The notes below the pieces were generated by a model, which searched no databases, was not told where the DNA came from, and saw only the letters and a list, made by a program, of their open reading frames with translations. 54,075 bases of DNA from a virus (Duplodnaviria > Caudoviricetes), in IMG/VR virus record IMGVR_UViG_3300011114_000387, positions 1-54,075 of that record; one strand, 5' to 3'. Within the stretch, counting starts at the first letter, position 1, and the number at the start of each line of letters is the position of its first letter. Below are positions 7,901-16,467 of this stretch, in pieces. Made by a program: the position numbers and the translations under genes.

Positions 7901-10852
7901 TTGGGTTGAGAAGTGTTGGGCAACGACGGAGACCGCGCCTTGGCGGGCTGTTCCGTACTCTGGGGCTTGACCGCCCCCATCTCCACCAGCGAGTTGTCGA
8001 TTTGACGCTGCAAGTTGCGATATTCCTTGAGTTCCTGTGGTGTCTGCATTTAGGGTTCCTTTGCTGTACGCAATAAGCGCATCTCGAGCAATCACTTTTG
8101 CTTTGCTCAGATCTCGAATGTAAGTGTCAACCAAGGCCGATTCTTTTTGGCCTTGAGTTGGTGTGCCTTTAAGCACGCTCAGCATATTGTCAACGATGCC
8201 AAGCCACTTGTCGACAAAACCCTTGAATCCTTTGGGATCTGTAGCAGCAAGGTCTTTCCAGAATTCTTTGTCGGTGGACCTGTTGCCCAAGAAGTCGGCG
8301 ACCATTTCAGAGCGGGTAGTTGGGGACGCCATCAAGTCTTGAATGCGTTGCTCTTTTGCAACAGGATCTGTGATGCCGGCCAGCTCTTCCGCGTTCAAGA
8401 ACTTTACAAGGTAAGAGCGCTTGCCGTCTTCGGTCATGTCATCAAAGACCGTGTTCACACTGGCAACGTACTGCTGAGCAGGTGTGTCAACCAAACCCTG
8501 TCTGGCTTCGAGCTTAGCAATTTGCTCAACCGTGTGATGGAATTCGTGAATGCTGGTGCGAGCAACGTTGACGTCCACGTTGGCCGTGTTTACGAAAGCG
8601 GCGCCGCCAATGGCAACGCCGTTCAGCGCGTTGGGCCGTGGGTCTATGTAGGCGTAAAGCTTGCCGCCAAATTGGCTGTTGAGAGCTTCGCCAATTTGAT
8701 TGACTGCGCTATCCAGCTCGGCTGGGGCAGCGTTAAAAACCGCTGGGGTTTCTACACCGTTGGAAGTAGCCCACCGGTCGATAGCAACTTGTGCAATTGC
8801 TCTCGCTCCAGCGGCGGCAGACTCTCCTCCCACTGGCGCAATTGCGGTACTAGGCACTTGCGACTCTGGAAGGGCAAGGGTTTTGTCGGCAATGATGCCT
8901 GCGTTTTGGTTGGTTGGTGCATTAGCCAATGGTACGCTAGGAGCGGTTTCAAGTCCAGTGGCTAGGGTAGTATCAGCCACTTCGTTTTGACGCGCTGTAA
9001 GCTCAACTGATGCGCTACGGCGGGTAATTGCTGGGATGGTTTCGTCGCCTGCAATTGTTGTCAGTTGATCGTCTGTCAAGCTGGTAACAGGTTGGCCTTG
9101 GATCTTTTGTGGACGAGGTGGCGTCAAACGCAACTTGTCCAAACCAAACTGTTTTTCGGTAGCAACATCTGGTTGAAGGGGCGCGTTGGCATCAAACGTT
9201 GGTTCGCCCGTTGGCGGCAACGGAGGCAAAGCCAAGCCCGTTAAAGAGGGCTCAATTGCGCGAGGCAACGGGGGTAAGGCCAGATTTGTTAAAGTGGGTT
9301 CAATTTGGCCGGGCAAATTAAGCGGCTGCAAATTGATTGGGGGCAAGTTGACCGTTGGGATACCACCAGCCAACTCAGCTGCTGCCGTTGCTGCGCTGCT
9401 TGCGTCTGTGGCGGTAAAGATCGTGCTGGTATCGACCGGCTCGACGTTGATTTTGCCAATGTTTAGATTGGTTGGCGCGTTGCTAAAAGGACTCAGCTGC
9501 TGGCGGGCTAACTCATCTATTCCAGTAAACTGGGTGTTGGCCACGTTTTCATTGATGGCTTGCGCAATTTGATTTTGAGGCTCGTAGCGGCCGGTCAAAA
9601 TACCGGCTGTTTGTGGGGAGGAAATAAGGCCGCCGCTAACCGCGCCAACAATGGCTGCGTCTTTCAAACCCTTAGTCAGCTCGATGTCCTTGCCTTGGAA
9701 ATACTTGTCCAAAACATTGCCGCCAAATTGAGCAGCTGTTTCTTCAATGGCATTAGTCACGCTAACAATAGTCTGTTGGCCGCCGGCTTGCAAAAGTCTT
9801 TGACCGGCAACGGCCAAAACGGAACTTTGCTTAAGCGGCGATAAGCCTTTAAGCGCATCGCCAATTTTGTCAAAGGCTTTTAATGGCAGCATTTCGGTGC
9901 CAACTTCAACCAATCCTTTAGCCGCAGCAATCATTGCTGGGTCACCTTGGACATAGCTTTGGCCAGCTGAAGTGGCGCCCATAGAAGGCAACAAAACCGC
10001 ACGTAACGGCGGCGCAAACATGGCAGCCATTGACATGCCGGTTGATTGCAAATTAGCTGCAAGTTTGACGCCGAGCCACTTGCCAAATTCTTCTCTGGCA
10101 ATAGCGCCGTCCGATGAACGGCTGTTAATCTTTGGCATGTACTCAGCCGCTGTCTTTGTCAAATACTCAGTACCAAACATCTGGCCAACTTTAGGCAGTG
10201 GTTGCATGCCAGCAGCCTGAAGCAAAGGATTAACTGTAAAGTCGTTAAACAGTTGGGCGGCAACGGTCGGAGCATTGATTGTTCCTGCTAGGCTTGACGC
10301 CATGCCAGCTTGAAGAGCACCGGTCAGTGGGTTCTCTTCGCCAAAACGTTGACGACGCAAAGTCTCGGAGTTGCTTTCAAAGGTTTCGGCTTCTTTAGCC
10401 TTATCAACCAAATCAAAAAAGCTGGTTTCTTTAGCCTGCTCACGGGCCTTGGCCACGGTCAACACCGGACCCGGTTCGATCGGGATCATGCCGCGTCGCA
10501 TCTCGTCGGCCTTGGCCACGGTCTGCAAACTAACAGGACCAGCGCCGTAGCTCAAGCGTTTGTTAAGGTCGGCTTGCCGCTCTTCAACCGTGGGCTGATA
10601 GGTCTCCATCACGCTCTTGTAAGGCGTAAACTTTTCAGCAAGGGCAGCGGGGATGTTGGAAACAGTACCTTTGACCGTCTCAAACGCGCGTGAGATCAGG
10701 CCTTGGGGTTCAGGCGGTGGGGGCTCGGGCGCTTTGTAGCGCGCGGCCAAACGTGCGGCATCATCCCCGGTATCACGAACTTCAAAATCTTCGATTGGCC
10801 TAAACGTTAGGCCGCTATCTTTTTCAAAGTCTGAAAGCGGAATAAAGCGCAT
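4979..10852 (-). CDS. Giant polyvalent internal virion protein A (1957 aa): HExxH metallopeptidase, ADP-ribosyltransferase-like, possible SAM-lyase-like and HhH DNA-glycosylase-like domains
   Basis: ORF track; HEFHH...EMVADF; QHFS...VYFY...AGFDGY; VARLGGFGLAQDSMMV; WYD...GPKIG..FY.NL...TMDMWFMR...QALIW. Confidence 0.85.
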   Translation of the reverse strand: MRFIPLSDFEKDSGLTFRPIEDFEVRDTGDDAARLAARYKAPEPPPPEPQGLISRAFETVKGTVSNIPAALAEKFTPYKSVMETYQPTVEERQADLNKRLSYGAGPVSLQTVAKADEMRRGMIPIEPGPVLTVAKAREQAKETSFFDLVDKAKEAETFESNSETLRRQRFGEENPLTGALQAGMASSLAGTINAPTVAAQLFNDFTVNPLLQAAGMQPLPKVGQMFGTEYLTKTAAEYMPKINSRSSDGAIAREEFGKWLGVKLAANLQSTGMSMAAMFAPPLRAVLLPSMGATSAGQSYVQGDPAMIAAAKGLVEVGTEMLPLKAFDKIGDALKGLSPLKQSSVLAVAGQRLLQAGGQQTIVSVTNAIEETAAQFGGNVLDKYFQGKDIELTKGLKDAAIVGAVSGGLISSPQTAGILTGRYEPQNQIAQAINENVANTQFTGIDELARQQLSPFSNAPTNLNIGKINVEPVDTSTIFTATDASSAATAAAELAGGIPTVNLPPINLQPLNLPGQIEPTLTNLALPPLPRAIEPSLTGLALPPLPPTGEPTFDANAPLQPDVATEKQFGLDKLRLTPPRPQKIQGQPVTSLTDDQLTTIAGDETIPAITRRSASVELTARQNEVADTTLATGLETAPSVPLANAPTNQNAGIIADKTLALPESQVPSTAIAPVGGESAAAGARAIAQVAIDRWATSNGVETPAVFNAAPAELDSAVNQIGEALNSQFGGKLYAYIDPRPNALNGVAIGGAAFVNTANVDVNVARTSIHEFHHTVEQIAKLEARQGLVDTPAQQYVASVNTVFDDMTEDGKRSYLVKFLNAEELAGITDPVAKEQRIQDLMASPTTRSEMVADFLGNRSTDKEFWKDLAATDPKGFKGFVDKWLGIVDNMLSVLKGTPTQGQKESALVDTYIRDLSKAKVIARDALIAYSKGTLNADTTGTQGISQLAASNRQLAGGDGGGQAPEYGTARQGAVSVVAQHFSTQPRTSLNGAYYGTGLKGAERDRLDSSPDPRLKNRVYFYVDQGSGVRPEAGVGGIAHEAKLNNIYDPETKLIPPKGSFNAFESAVINAGFDGYLAPFGNNQSAVVLLGPRHSAVPVRSLGRVAGAPAPTPAEPTTLKKGLLSKELAAIKASRVPGARVAAGNLEIPATSRDAANVELERIGSDVRFSKKTAPARVMFEVAPDPNNTELTARWDAVPFERKIEISQRVAEKIMPQVFKLAGVRAKMTPQLGGYLEKTSPSFAALVSSTASAQQLMDVARLGGFGLAQDSMMVLDSKPFEGSSPIGLITITLPENMVDQKSVDAVYQDLRQVSPENISGHTTVGQEMVLAVPSASMDDLASKIESVLGNRPENFILKTGDGQMAFPSKEEYDYGQEGTGSPELLAKRTEARRIREEASAAIEAELAKDESTGGRKIDTGVYRSVADAFGLSQAEYNASALPLMLGGVKGKTFRAPNIGGIPETIQWLDQRYRDSGMPTLDINKDEDRSTLARMLAAEAVGAIRSAGNAVEWYDETVAKTLRIMAVKYPELDTDPNARNAFLMAVAIASQTMNVEANLTYASSQYEAFRATGKFPEVGKGKSAPAMAKNFALANDVMADMGPDLLRRFLQTEFTKRELESIGFPIGSESMDEKMLGSAIFGPKIGFGFYSNLTGNFEPITMDMWFMRTIGRLSGTLPAFDPVLFPKQVAKLRAALAETGDSSRGLYAADFKPEDVAAAQQTDEGAIALARKIYSLHNRQFIKERAAFDSGARVKTALVGASNGIIKSADKPTDSPSSGGERQRLRDVTRQLVTLVEEQTGKRVPPAALQALIWYPEQELYKKLGVDLQVTSQDYAGAAELLLTKEGFDGKRISTAAESGPRPTRQVAGESVAGTNKQAGQPSGPAGPIQGEERETFIGNRISLKDIFAGLEKRGLAKANTEAVIARRSDAAQIQYMQDNFLDILDELDTAGLVEINCK
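5125..5313 (-). CDS. Candidate nested +1-frame ORF (62 aa, MENESAQQPNLDQDQHDKWLASRSREQISRLASRAGQLARSK...) after the glycosylase-like domain
   Basis: AAGAAGG 5 nt before ATG; internal start of track ORF 5125..5349; lies over a host linker. Confidence 0.45.
   Translation of the reverse strand: MENESAQQPNLDQDQHDKWLASRSREQISRLASRAGQLARSKEKSGKLSSETASPSKTSSPD
6604..6735 (-). CDS. Candidate nested +1-frame ORF (43 aa, MVKREQGLPSFLQNGQRLVASAKK...)
   Basis: AAAGAGGAG 7 nt before ATG; at the boundary between the SAM-lyase-like and glycosylase-like domains. Confidence 0.35.
   Translation of the reverse strand: MVKREQGLPSFLQNGQRLVASAKKPAPPSKPNSRKMKVPAGAK
7885..8049 (-). CDS. Candidate nested +1-frame ORF (54 aa, MQTPQELKEYRNLQRQIDNSLVEMGAVKPQ...) in the linker between the metallopeptidase and ART-like domains
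   Basis: AAAGGA 7 nt before ATG (same SD as several bona fide genes here); amphipathic-helix-like N-terminus. Confidence 0.5.
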   Translation of the reverse strand: MQTPQELKEYRNLQRQIDNSLVEMGAVKPQSTEQPAKARSPSLPNTSQPNLVPR

Positions 10853-10854
10853 GT

Positions 10855-11907
10855 TTATTTCCCAACGTAACCACGAACTACACCGCTTGCGTCTTTGACT
10901 TCCCAGCCACGACTCGTGTAGCTACCAACAGTTGACCCGGCAGGCGCGCCCTTAATATTTGCAATGTTAGGTTTAGGGGGTGTTGTTTCAGCAGCAGGGG
11001 CCTCTTCTTCTTTGGCCGTTTTGGCTGTCCACTGGTCTAGCTTAGAACGAGCTGCTTTAAGCTGGTCTCGATTTTCTTGCAAATCTTCAAGCTTGGCTTT
11101 TGCTTTTGGATCTGTTGCGGCTTTCTTTTCAAGGCGCGCAATTTCTGGGTAAAGCTCTTTGGTTGACACACCCAATTTTTCAGACAAAGCATCTTTGGCC
11201 GATTCAACTTGGCGCTGCAAGTCAGCAGTAGTCTCGCGGGTGTTTCGAGTTTTACCTTCTTTGTTGGCACGAGTCTCAGCAGTAATTGCGTTCTTAGCCA
11301 TTGTTTCAGAGTTCTTAGCCAAGATGTCTAAACGCTCGGCAGTTTGACCGGTCACTGTTTCAAAACGATCTGCCCGAGCGGTTTCTTGTTTTTCTTTAAA
11401 CTCTTGTTTGATTTCGTCAAGAACTGCGGACCGTTGTTTTTGAAGATTGAGAATGGTGGTTGAATGAGAACCCGCCGACATAGCAGCAGCGATGGCGCCC
11501 TCAGTGCGCTCAAGGCTTTCGTTCTTTTTTGAAGCAACGCCAGCTTTCTCGTAGGCTTGTTTCAACTCAGGCCGCTCAGTTAGCATCTGCTTAATTTCGT
11601 CCTCTGACATGGAGGGCGTGCGGGATGCAACTTCTTTAACCACCCGGTTCATGGGTATATCTCTGGCAACTTCTTGTGCGGCAGCGGTTTCTTTGATCAC
11701 GCGCTGTTGCAACTCTTCTGCTTTTTTCTCAGCGGCTTCGTCTTTGATGCGCTGGGCTTCTTCCATCCGACGGATGTAGTTTTCTTCTTTACGGCCTTCG
11801 GCTTCTAGTTGACGTTGATACTCAAGGTCTTTCATCATGGCTCCGCCAATTGCTTGGCCAGCGCCCATGATTCCTTGGCCGATCCCGCTCCAAATAAGTC
11901 CGCCCAT
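10855..11907 (-). CDS. Internal virion/ejection protein (coiled-coil, Gly-rich N-terminus)
   Basis: 350 aa, Cys-free, MGGLIWSGIGQG..., just upstream of the giants. Confidence 0.65.
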   Translation of the reverse strand: MGGLIWSGIGQGIMGAGQAIGGAMMKDLEYQRQLEAEGRKEENYIRRMEEAQRIKDEAAEKKAEELQQRVIKETAAAQEVARDIPMNRVVKEVASRTPSMSEDEIKQMLTERPELKQAYEKAGVASKKNESLERTEGAIAAAMSAGSHSTTILNLQKQRSAVLDEIKQEFKEKQETARADRFETVTGQTAERLDILAKNSETMAKNAITAETRANKEGKTRNTRETTADLQRQVESAKDALSEKLGVSTKELYPEIARLEKKAATDPKAKAKLEDLQENRDQLKAARSKLDQWTAKTAKEEEAPAAETTPPKPNIANIKGAPAGSTVGSYTSRGWEVKDASGVVRGYVGK

Positions 11908-12414
11908 TTAAGCCTCCTGTGCGGCCATGCGGTTGAACTCTTCTGGGTCCACCTGATCCATGGCTTGTTGCAGTTGTGTTGTGTCGACGCCTTGCTCACC
12001 GAGGAATCGCAAGATCATTTGTTTTAAGGCCAGCGCAAGATCGGAGGGCTTGACAGGAATATTTGCAGCTTCCGCAATTGAAGCAATCTCTTCCAAAATG
12101 TTGGTGGCCAACAAGGCCAACAACTCATCTGGCACGGCGCCTTCTGTGCGCTCGTCAATGATGGACATCATTTCGTATGCGGTGTTGCTTAAAGCATCAA
12201 CGGGATTTTTGTTTGCCCGCAAACTTATTGCAATATCTTTGGCGGCTTTCTTTGAGTAAAGAGCCGTCATTGCAAGCTCAAGCGCAGCTTGATAGCCCGG
12301 GTCCGAAGCGTCCTTCTCAGGCGCAGGAGCCGCCTGTTGCTCGGGCGCAGGCATAGGCGCAGGAGCCGCCTGTTGGTCAGGCATAGGCATATTTTGTTGA
12401 ATGAGTCCAGCCAT
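11908..12414 (-). CDS. Hypothetical virion-associated protein
   Basis: 168 aa, AAAAGGAAG SD, duplicated QQAAPAP. Confidence 0.7.
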   Translation of the reverse strand: MAGLIQQNMPMPDQQAAPAPMPAPEQQAAPAPEKDASDPGYQAALELAMTALYSKKAAKDIAISLRANKNPVDALSNTAYEMMSIIDERTEGAVPDELLALLATNILEEIASIAEAANIPVKPSDLALALKQMILRFLGEQGVDTTQLQQAMDQVDPEEFNRMAAQEA

Positions 12415-12426
12415 GATGACTTCCTT

Positions 12427-13176
12427 TTAACCAAAGAGGCGAGTATTGATATTTTTGTTGTAACGGGCACGTGCGTCGGCCGACAGCTTCTCTTGACGCT
12501 GGGCTTCTTGCTGAGCACCGTAGCCTTGCATTGCACCACCGATAAGCTGAGTGCCGCCAGAGATAGCGGCGTACTGGCCATAAGGACCTAAGCCGCTCCA
12601 AAAACCAGATGACGCTGGCGCAGCTGCCGTGTTAAGGGCTGAAAGAGTTGAGCCCACTGGAAGAGTACTGGCTACACCGGCAGAATTTAAACCGGCTGAA
12701 GCGGGAATGTTTAAACTTGCTGCGCCGGGTACTGTTGTGCCACTGGTCAACGCTCCGGGTGTGGACGTCAAGCCCGTTGCACCGCCGGTGCCGGCAGTCA
12801 GACCGGTTCCGCCTCCCATAGCACCGGTTACCAAGCCGGCAGGCGCTGTGGTTGCAGCACCAGCAGCGCTTGCACCAGTAAAGCCTGAGCCAAGAGCCGA
12901 GCCAGCCGCGCCAACATTACCGGCCATTAAAGAGCCCCACGCGGTTGAAACCCCCGTGGCCGCCCCCGATAGCCCAGCGGAGGCCCCTGTAAGGAAGCTG
13001 CCTCCCGCAGCGGAAGCACCAAAGCCCCCCATCAAAGCGGCACCGCCAAAATAAACAGCTGCTGCGGTTAATAAAATTTTGCCCAAACTAGAACTGGCGA
13101 CGCTTTTAACAACGTTTACTACACCGTTAACAACGCCGGAAATGGCTCGGCCAATTCCTTTAACAACTTGACTCAT
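12427..13176 (-). CDS. Gly/Ala-rich pilot/ejection protein
   Basis: 249 aa, hydrophobic Gly-rich segments, position in ejection cluster. Confidence 0.6.
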   Translation of the reverse strand: MSQVVKGIGRAISGVVNGVVNVVKSVASSSLGKILLTAAAVYFGGAALMGGFGASAAGGSFLTGASAGLSGAATGVSTAWGSLMAGNVGAAGSALGSGFTGASAAGAATTAPAGLVTGAMGGGTGLTAGTGGATGLTSTPGALTSGTTVPGAASLNIPASAGLNSAGVASTLPVGSTLSALNTAAAPASSGFWSGLGPYGQYAAISGGTQLIGGAMQGYGAQQEAQRQEKLSADARARYNKNINTRLFG

Positions 13177-13625
13177 ACAGCAACCTTTCTTATGTAGGAG
13201 AGATTTAAGGATTCACGCTCAAATCCCGCCCGTTTTAAAAACTTTACAAGCCGAGGATCGGCACTTGGCTCCAGCTCCAATACAGCTACTTTAATGGCTG
13301 ATCGGCTTTTAACCCATCTAGCAAACTCACGCAACAACGGCAGCCCAGCTCCGGGTACCCGGCTGTAGTACAGCAGCACAGAGCACTGAAGCTTTTCAAA
13401 CCAGAACGACGGTTGGACCACGGCACCTACTGCGGCGACCACCTTGCCCTCGACCTCCGCAACCCACACGAAATGGGCCGGATTGATTGCAGCTCTGGTG
13501 GTCTGCTCCATGGCTGCACGATCAATCTTGACGGGCAACGGGTTTTGAGACACAGACTCCACCGCCAAATCGACGATAGCCGGAACATCGTCTAATTTGG
13601 CTTTGCGGCAAACAATTTTGGTCAT
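13173..13625 (-). CDS. GNAT-fold acetyltransferase-like protein
   Basis: RKAKLDDVPAIVDL, VWVAEVEGKVV, FLKRAGF. Confidence 0.75.
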   Translation of the reverse strand: MTKIVCRKAKLDDVPAIVDLAVESVSQNPLPVKIDRAAMEQTTRAAINPAHFVWVAEVEGKVVAAVGAVVQPSFWFEKLQCSVLLYYSRVPGAGLPLLREFARWVKSRSAIKVAVLELEPSADPRLVKFLKRAGFERESLNLSYIRKVAV

Positions 13626-15445
13626 GGTGCACCGCCGCCATCGCCGCCTTGACCTGCGGCGCTATACGAATCGTCGGTCGTTGTAGCTCCTCTACCGGCA
13701 ACCTTGGTAGTTGCGGCATCCGTGGTCGCTGTAGATCCACCACCTGAGGTCGTTGTAGATCCACCGCCTGTGGTCGTTGTAAAATTAAGCTTTGTCACGG
13801 GAGTGTTGTAAACCGTTGCGGCCCAAGAAAGGGTAGCGTTGCCAGCATCTATGGCATTTTGAACAGCCGTTGCTTTAGCTGCCGCATCCAAGTCCCCATT
13901 TAGGGCAATAGCGTTGATGGAATTAAGCGTTGCTGCGGCGGTGTTCAAATTAAAGGCTGTTCCAACGTTGGTTGCATTTGCAGCAATTTGCAAATCTGCA
14001 ATTGCTTTTTGTTGAGTACGGTCTAGCTGATTTTGCGTAGTAGTGTAAGTCTGTTGGGCTGTTTGCAACGCGCTGTTGGCCGTGATTTGTTTATCAGCAA
14101 TTGCTGATTGTTGAGTGCGGTCCAGCGCGTTCTGCGCACTGGTAAAGGTCTGTTGAGCCGTGGCCAAATCTTGTTGAGCCTTGATGCTTTTGTCTGTAAG
14201 GACAACCTCTTGAGCACGGGTCAAATCGTTTTGCGCACTGGTAAAAGTTTGTTGGGCTGTTTGCAAAGCTGCGTTGGCCGCGATCTGACCTGCTTGCAAA
14301 GAGGCGTTGGCCGCAATTTGGCTTGCTTGCAAATTTTGACTAGACGTAATTTGAGCGTTAGAAATAGCGGTTTGCTGCGCGCGATCCAAAGCGTTTTGCG
14401 CAGAGGTAAAGGTTTGTTGAGCTGTGGCCAAAGCTTGCTGGGCCGCAATGCTTTTGTCTGCAAGAACTACTTCTTGAGCACGAGCTAAACCGTTTTCTGC
14501 ACTGGTAAAAACTTGCTGGGCTGTTTGCAAAGAAACTTGCTGCGCGCGGTCCAAAACGTTTTGCGCACTAACAAAAGTTTGTTGAGCTGTTTGCAAATCG
14601 CTTTGAGCCTTGATACTTTTGTCTGTAAGGGCAATCTCTTGAGCACGAGCCAAACCGCTTTCTGCGCTGGTAAAAACCTGCTGGGCTGTTTGCAAGTCTT
14701 TATTAGCTGTGATTTGTTTATCAACAATTGCTGTTTGCTGCGTACGGTCCAGCGCGCTTTGCGTGCCGGTAAAGGTTTGCTGCGATTCTTGCAAAGCTTT
14801 TTGGTTTACACGTTCAAGTTCGTTTTGAGCCCCAGTAAAAACCTGCTGCGCATTTTGCAAAGACTTTTGGGCTTCGATGCTTTTATCTGTAAGAGAAACT
14901 TCTTGGGCACGGTCTAAAGCTTTTTGAGCACTGGTGAAATTTTGTGTTGCTAGATTTTGCTCAGACGAAAAAGTCTGACCGCCCAAACGCTCAGCCGTTT
15001 GAAACTCGCGGCCAGCTAAATTTTCAGCTGCTGCGAATTTCTGTGCACCCAACTGCAACCCGTATTTGTTTTGCTCACCAGCATTGGCCAAGCCTGTCGT
15101 ATTGACAGCGCCCATGTTGGCAAGAGCTCGGTTGGAATAGATCTCAGCATCTTGCTGAGCAATGGGCGTGGCGCGGTCGATCATGGCGGCGACACCGGCA
15201 CCGGCTGACATGGAGCTGTTGATCAGCCCGCGCTGGTTCATATCTTGCAATGCTTGCGTGCGGGCACGCTGCATCAAGGGGCTGTCTTGGGCAAGGATAG
15301 ACTCAAGTTGACCGGCTGCGGTCTCAGTACCGGCTTGCACTGCGCGCTCTTGCGCGGTGTATTGGGCAGCGGCTGTGTCCGTGGCCGGAGTCAAAGCTCC
15401 GCCAGAGATTCCGGTCCGAATATCAAAAGGATTTGCTGTTGCCAT
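13622..15445 (-). CDS. Internal virion protein with 11-residue-based Q/A/T-rich repeats
   Basis: 607 aa; AQQxFTSAQNxLxRAQ recurs at 22/33-aa spacing; N-terminal RGLINSS motif. Confidence 0.75.
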   Translation of the reverse strand: MATANPFDIRTGISGGALTPATDTAAAQYTAQERAVQAGTETAAGQLESILAQDSPLMQRARTQALQDMNQRGLINSSMSAGAGVAAMIDRATPIAQQDAEIYSNRALANMGAVNTTGLANAGEQNKYGLQLGAQKFAAAENLAGREFQTAERLGGQTFSSEQNLATQNFTSAQKALDRAQEVSLTDKSIEAQKSLQNAQQVFTGAQNELERVNQKALQESQQTFTGTQSALDRTQQTAIVDKQITANKDLQTAQQVFTSAESGLARAQEIALTDKSIKAQSDLQTAQQTFVSAQNVLDRAQQVSLQTAQQVFTSAENGLARAQEVVLADKSIAAQQALATAQQTFTSAQNALDRAQQTAISNAQITSSQNLQASQIAANASLQAGQIAANAALQTAQQTFTSAQNDLTRAQEVVLTDKSIKAQQDLATAQQTFTSAQNALDRTQQSAIADKQITANSALQTAQQTYTTTQNQLDRTQQKAIADLQIAANATNVGTAFNLNTAAATLNSINAIALNGDLDAAAKATAVQNAIDAGNATLSWAATVYNTPVTKLNFTTTTGGGSTTTSGGGSTATTDAATTKVAGRGATTTDDSYSAAGQGGDGGGAP

Positions 15446-15460
15446 ATTTGCTCCACAAAT

Positions 15461-15538
15461 GAGAAAGCCGCTTTAAGCGGCCTCTTGCGGGCGCACGGGC
15501 CCCGCAAAGATTTTACGTCAAGAATCGTTTAACAACAA
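15461..15538 (-). promoter_or_regulatory. Late leader A: sigma70-like promoter (TTGTTG-17-TAAAAT) + GTGCGCCC hairpin + terminator-like hairpin
   Basis: -35 15533-38, -10 15510-15, motif 15489-96, hairpin GCCGC-TTAAA-GCGGC-TTTC at 15461-84. Confidence 0.55.
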
Positions 15539-15967
15539 GCATTCTGCTTGTCGGCGTTTTAGAAGGCCGGGTAATACTTTACCCCCACCTCTGGTCCAAA
15601 GCATGAGCTGTTCCTTGGCGCCTTCCCAGTCTTGAGCATTGATTTTGCGTTTCAGGGTAGAAGTCTGGAGACGGCCAATCCCAAGGTTGTAACAGAAGTC
15701 AACGGCCGCGTTGCACTTGCGAACGTCAGTAATTAAGCCGGGGCAGTTACGCAAAACACCGGGTAAGTACGTATGCTCCAGCTCAATCATCAGCAGCGCT
15801 CGTGCTGTGGGCTCATCCATGGGGGCGTCCTCTAGGGTCACCTTGCGCTTGTCTGCGTAGTACGTTGAGCCGTACCCGATCGTGGCCACTCCGGCTGGAC
15901 ATAGGTACGGCTTGGCCCGGTAGCCCTCAAACTGTCGGCACAGAGCAGCGGCTAACTCTAAGTTCAT
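15518..15967 (-). CDS. Endolysin, GH24 lysozyme
   Basis: FEG....PYLCPAGVATIGYG (E-C-T triad), YNLG, GLLKRRQAE. Confidence 0.95.
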   Translation of the reverse strand: MNLELAAALCRQFEGYRAKPYLCPAGVATIGYGSTYYADKRKVTLEDAPMDEPTARALLMIELEHTYLPGVLRNCPGLITDVRKCNAAVDFCYNLGIGRLQTSTLKRKINAQDWEGAKEQLMLWTRGGGKVLPGLLKRRQAECLLLNDS

Positions 15968-16458
15968 ATTCCGCGCTGCTTGAGAGTTCTATCAAGGAAC
16001 CAATAATTTATCGTTCCGGATAGAAGGGCTGAGAAGTCAGGTGTCATCATGGTCTTAAACACTTCTACGGCCGGAGCACCGGCAAGCCATGCGTTCCATG
16101 CAAACCATACGTGGATGAAAGACCAAACAAACAACACCCAGTATGTGACTACGGGGCGCACGGAAGCTGACAGGCTGGCTACCCAGCCACCAGCGGCTTT
16201 GACCATCTCTGCTTGTTGTGTAATGGCGTTGTTGAAGGCATCCATGACCCCGACGTCAATGGCGGCTTCGCGTTGAGCGCCTATTTCTGCAAGTTTCATT
16301 TGACCGCGCATTTGCTCTAAATCACATTGGCGAGAGAACATTAAGGCCTCGTGCTGCCTCTCGTTCTTCTTATCAAAAAACTTGAGCACCTCGGGGGCCA
16401 TACGGAACACCCCGCCAAAGATGGAACCGAGTAAGCCCCCAGAAAGAATGTCAAGCAT
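15964..16458 (-). CDS. Holin-like membrane protein (GTA 3TM-holin type)
   Basis: SASVRPVVTY, hydrophobic segments, YWFLDR; adjacent to endolysin. Confidence 0.65.
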   Translation of the reverse strand: MLDILSGGLLGSIFGGVFRMAPEVLKFFDKKNERQHEALMFSRQCDLEQMRGQMKLAEIGAQREAAIDVGVMDAFNNAITQQAEMVKAAGGWVASLSASVRPVVTYWVLFVWSFIHVWFAWNAWLAGAPAVEVFKTMMTPDFSALLSGTINYWFLDRTLKQRGI

Positions 16459-16467
16459 AGTCGCTCC

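Noticed and set aside
4979-10852. Virion RNA polymerase (N4/crAss-like)
   Set aside because: No polymerase motifs recognised; sigma70-type promoters are present
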